From positions 367,970,001 through 368,034,000 of the forward strand of contig OZ024743.1 of NCBI GenBank assembly GCA_964016885.1: a stretch of 64,000 nucleotides of DNA. Direction: 5' to 3'. Position numbers and translations under genes: made by a program. Source of the stretch: Eledone cirrhosa (Eukaryota). The notes beneath the pieces were generated by a model, which saw only the letters and a program-made list of their open reading frames with translations, searched no databases and was not told the DNA's origin. This document shows, in pieces, positions 63,250 to 64,000 of the stretch. Each line of letters starts with the position of its first letter. Within the stretch, counting starts at the first letter, position 1.

Positions 63250-63450
63250 TATTTGGATTGACGGTATCGGAGAACATACTTTATGGCATTGAGTTACGGC
63301 CATTTACGTTCTGAGTTTAAATCCCGCCGAGGTTAGCTTCGCTTTTCGATAAAATAAAGTACCAGTAACACATTTTGGTCGATTTAATTCCCCCCCTCCC
63401 CCCCCCCCCCCCTAAAAAAATGGCTGGCCTGGTGCCTAAATCAGAAATTA
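63250..63450 (+). mobile_element. tRNA-derived SINE (family 1-related)
   Basis: ctgagtttaaatcccgccgaggtt...cgataaaataaagtaccag...ggcctggtgcctaaatcagaaa. Confidence 0.8.
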
Positions 63451-64000
63451 TGTGTTTATATTTCCATTCAGAGAGAATTTTGAACAATTTTTAATGTTAT
63501 TCATACAACTGAACAAAAGTAGACTTCTGTAAATAAGACTCCTTACTATTGGAGGGAAAAGAATTCCCAAAATCAATATTTTCTTCCTAATTAAACAACA
63601 GGTATTGAATATCCACTATATTTTAATTGTATTTACGAAATAAATGTTATACGATTAAGGTAAAAAGAAAGAAGAAACATGTGCGTTCTTTCAATTATAC
63701 ACTACGACAAATAGTATTAAAAGATTTTTGGGGCAACCCCAAAACGGGATATAAACACAGTACCTTCATAGTAAAACCTAAAACAGTAAAAGGTAAACAA
63801 AATCTATTTATAGTTTTTATCTACCACAGTAGCTATTATGTCAGTTAAATTACATTATGAAATGTAATTTACCCTATTAAGAATAAACTAAAATTATATA
63901 TTAAAATTCTGTATTTTTTTTTCTGTGTGGTTTTATCATGGGCCAAAAATACTAGCGGCATTATTGGGCGGATAGCGAGGCCGAGTCGCAGGAATAGCCA

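Overview
AT-rich, repeat-dense eukaryotic (animal) DNA. The (TA)n/(GAT)n microsatellites and the SINE/RTE repertoire resemble an octopod cephalopod, which is an inference. There is no complete host gene, rRNA, tRNA or CRISPR array. Most of the window looks like one long intron or intergenic tract: a CpG-enriched candidate first exon lies near 63.1 kb (- strand) and a candidate downstream exon at 5.5-5.9 kb (- strand). Recognisable content is transposon-derived: Helitrons (Rep and PIF1-helicase remnants plus two complete non-autonomous copies); at least three RTE-clade LINE families, one with a PHD-like finger inside its RT; two Naiad-type Penelope-like elements, one with an intact-looking hammerhead ribozyme; a full-length hAT/Buster element with perfect TIRs, an 8-bp TSD and a single stop codon; a decayed hAT carrying a piggyBac MITE; two mariners; an R4/Dong fragment; and many tRNA-derived SINEs. 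The most unusual signals are: an 8x60-bp array of a LINE's terminal stem-loop; a near-perfect ~340-bp palindrome sharing 17/18 nt with the Penelope ribozyme core; a Helitron flanked by a 10-bp direct repeat; a Helitron tail-to-head junction with a 37-bp CTAG palindrome; an RTE inserted antisense at the homologous position of another RTE; and a high density of foldback structures. Coordinates of degraded elements are approximate and were read by eye.
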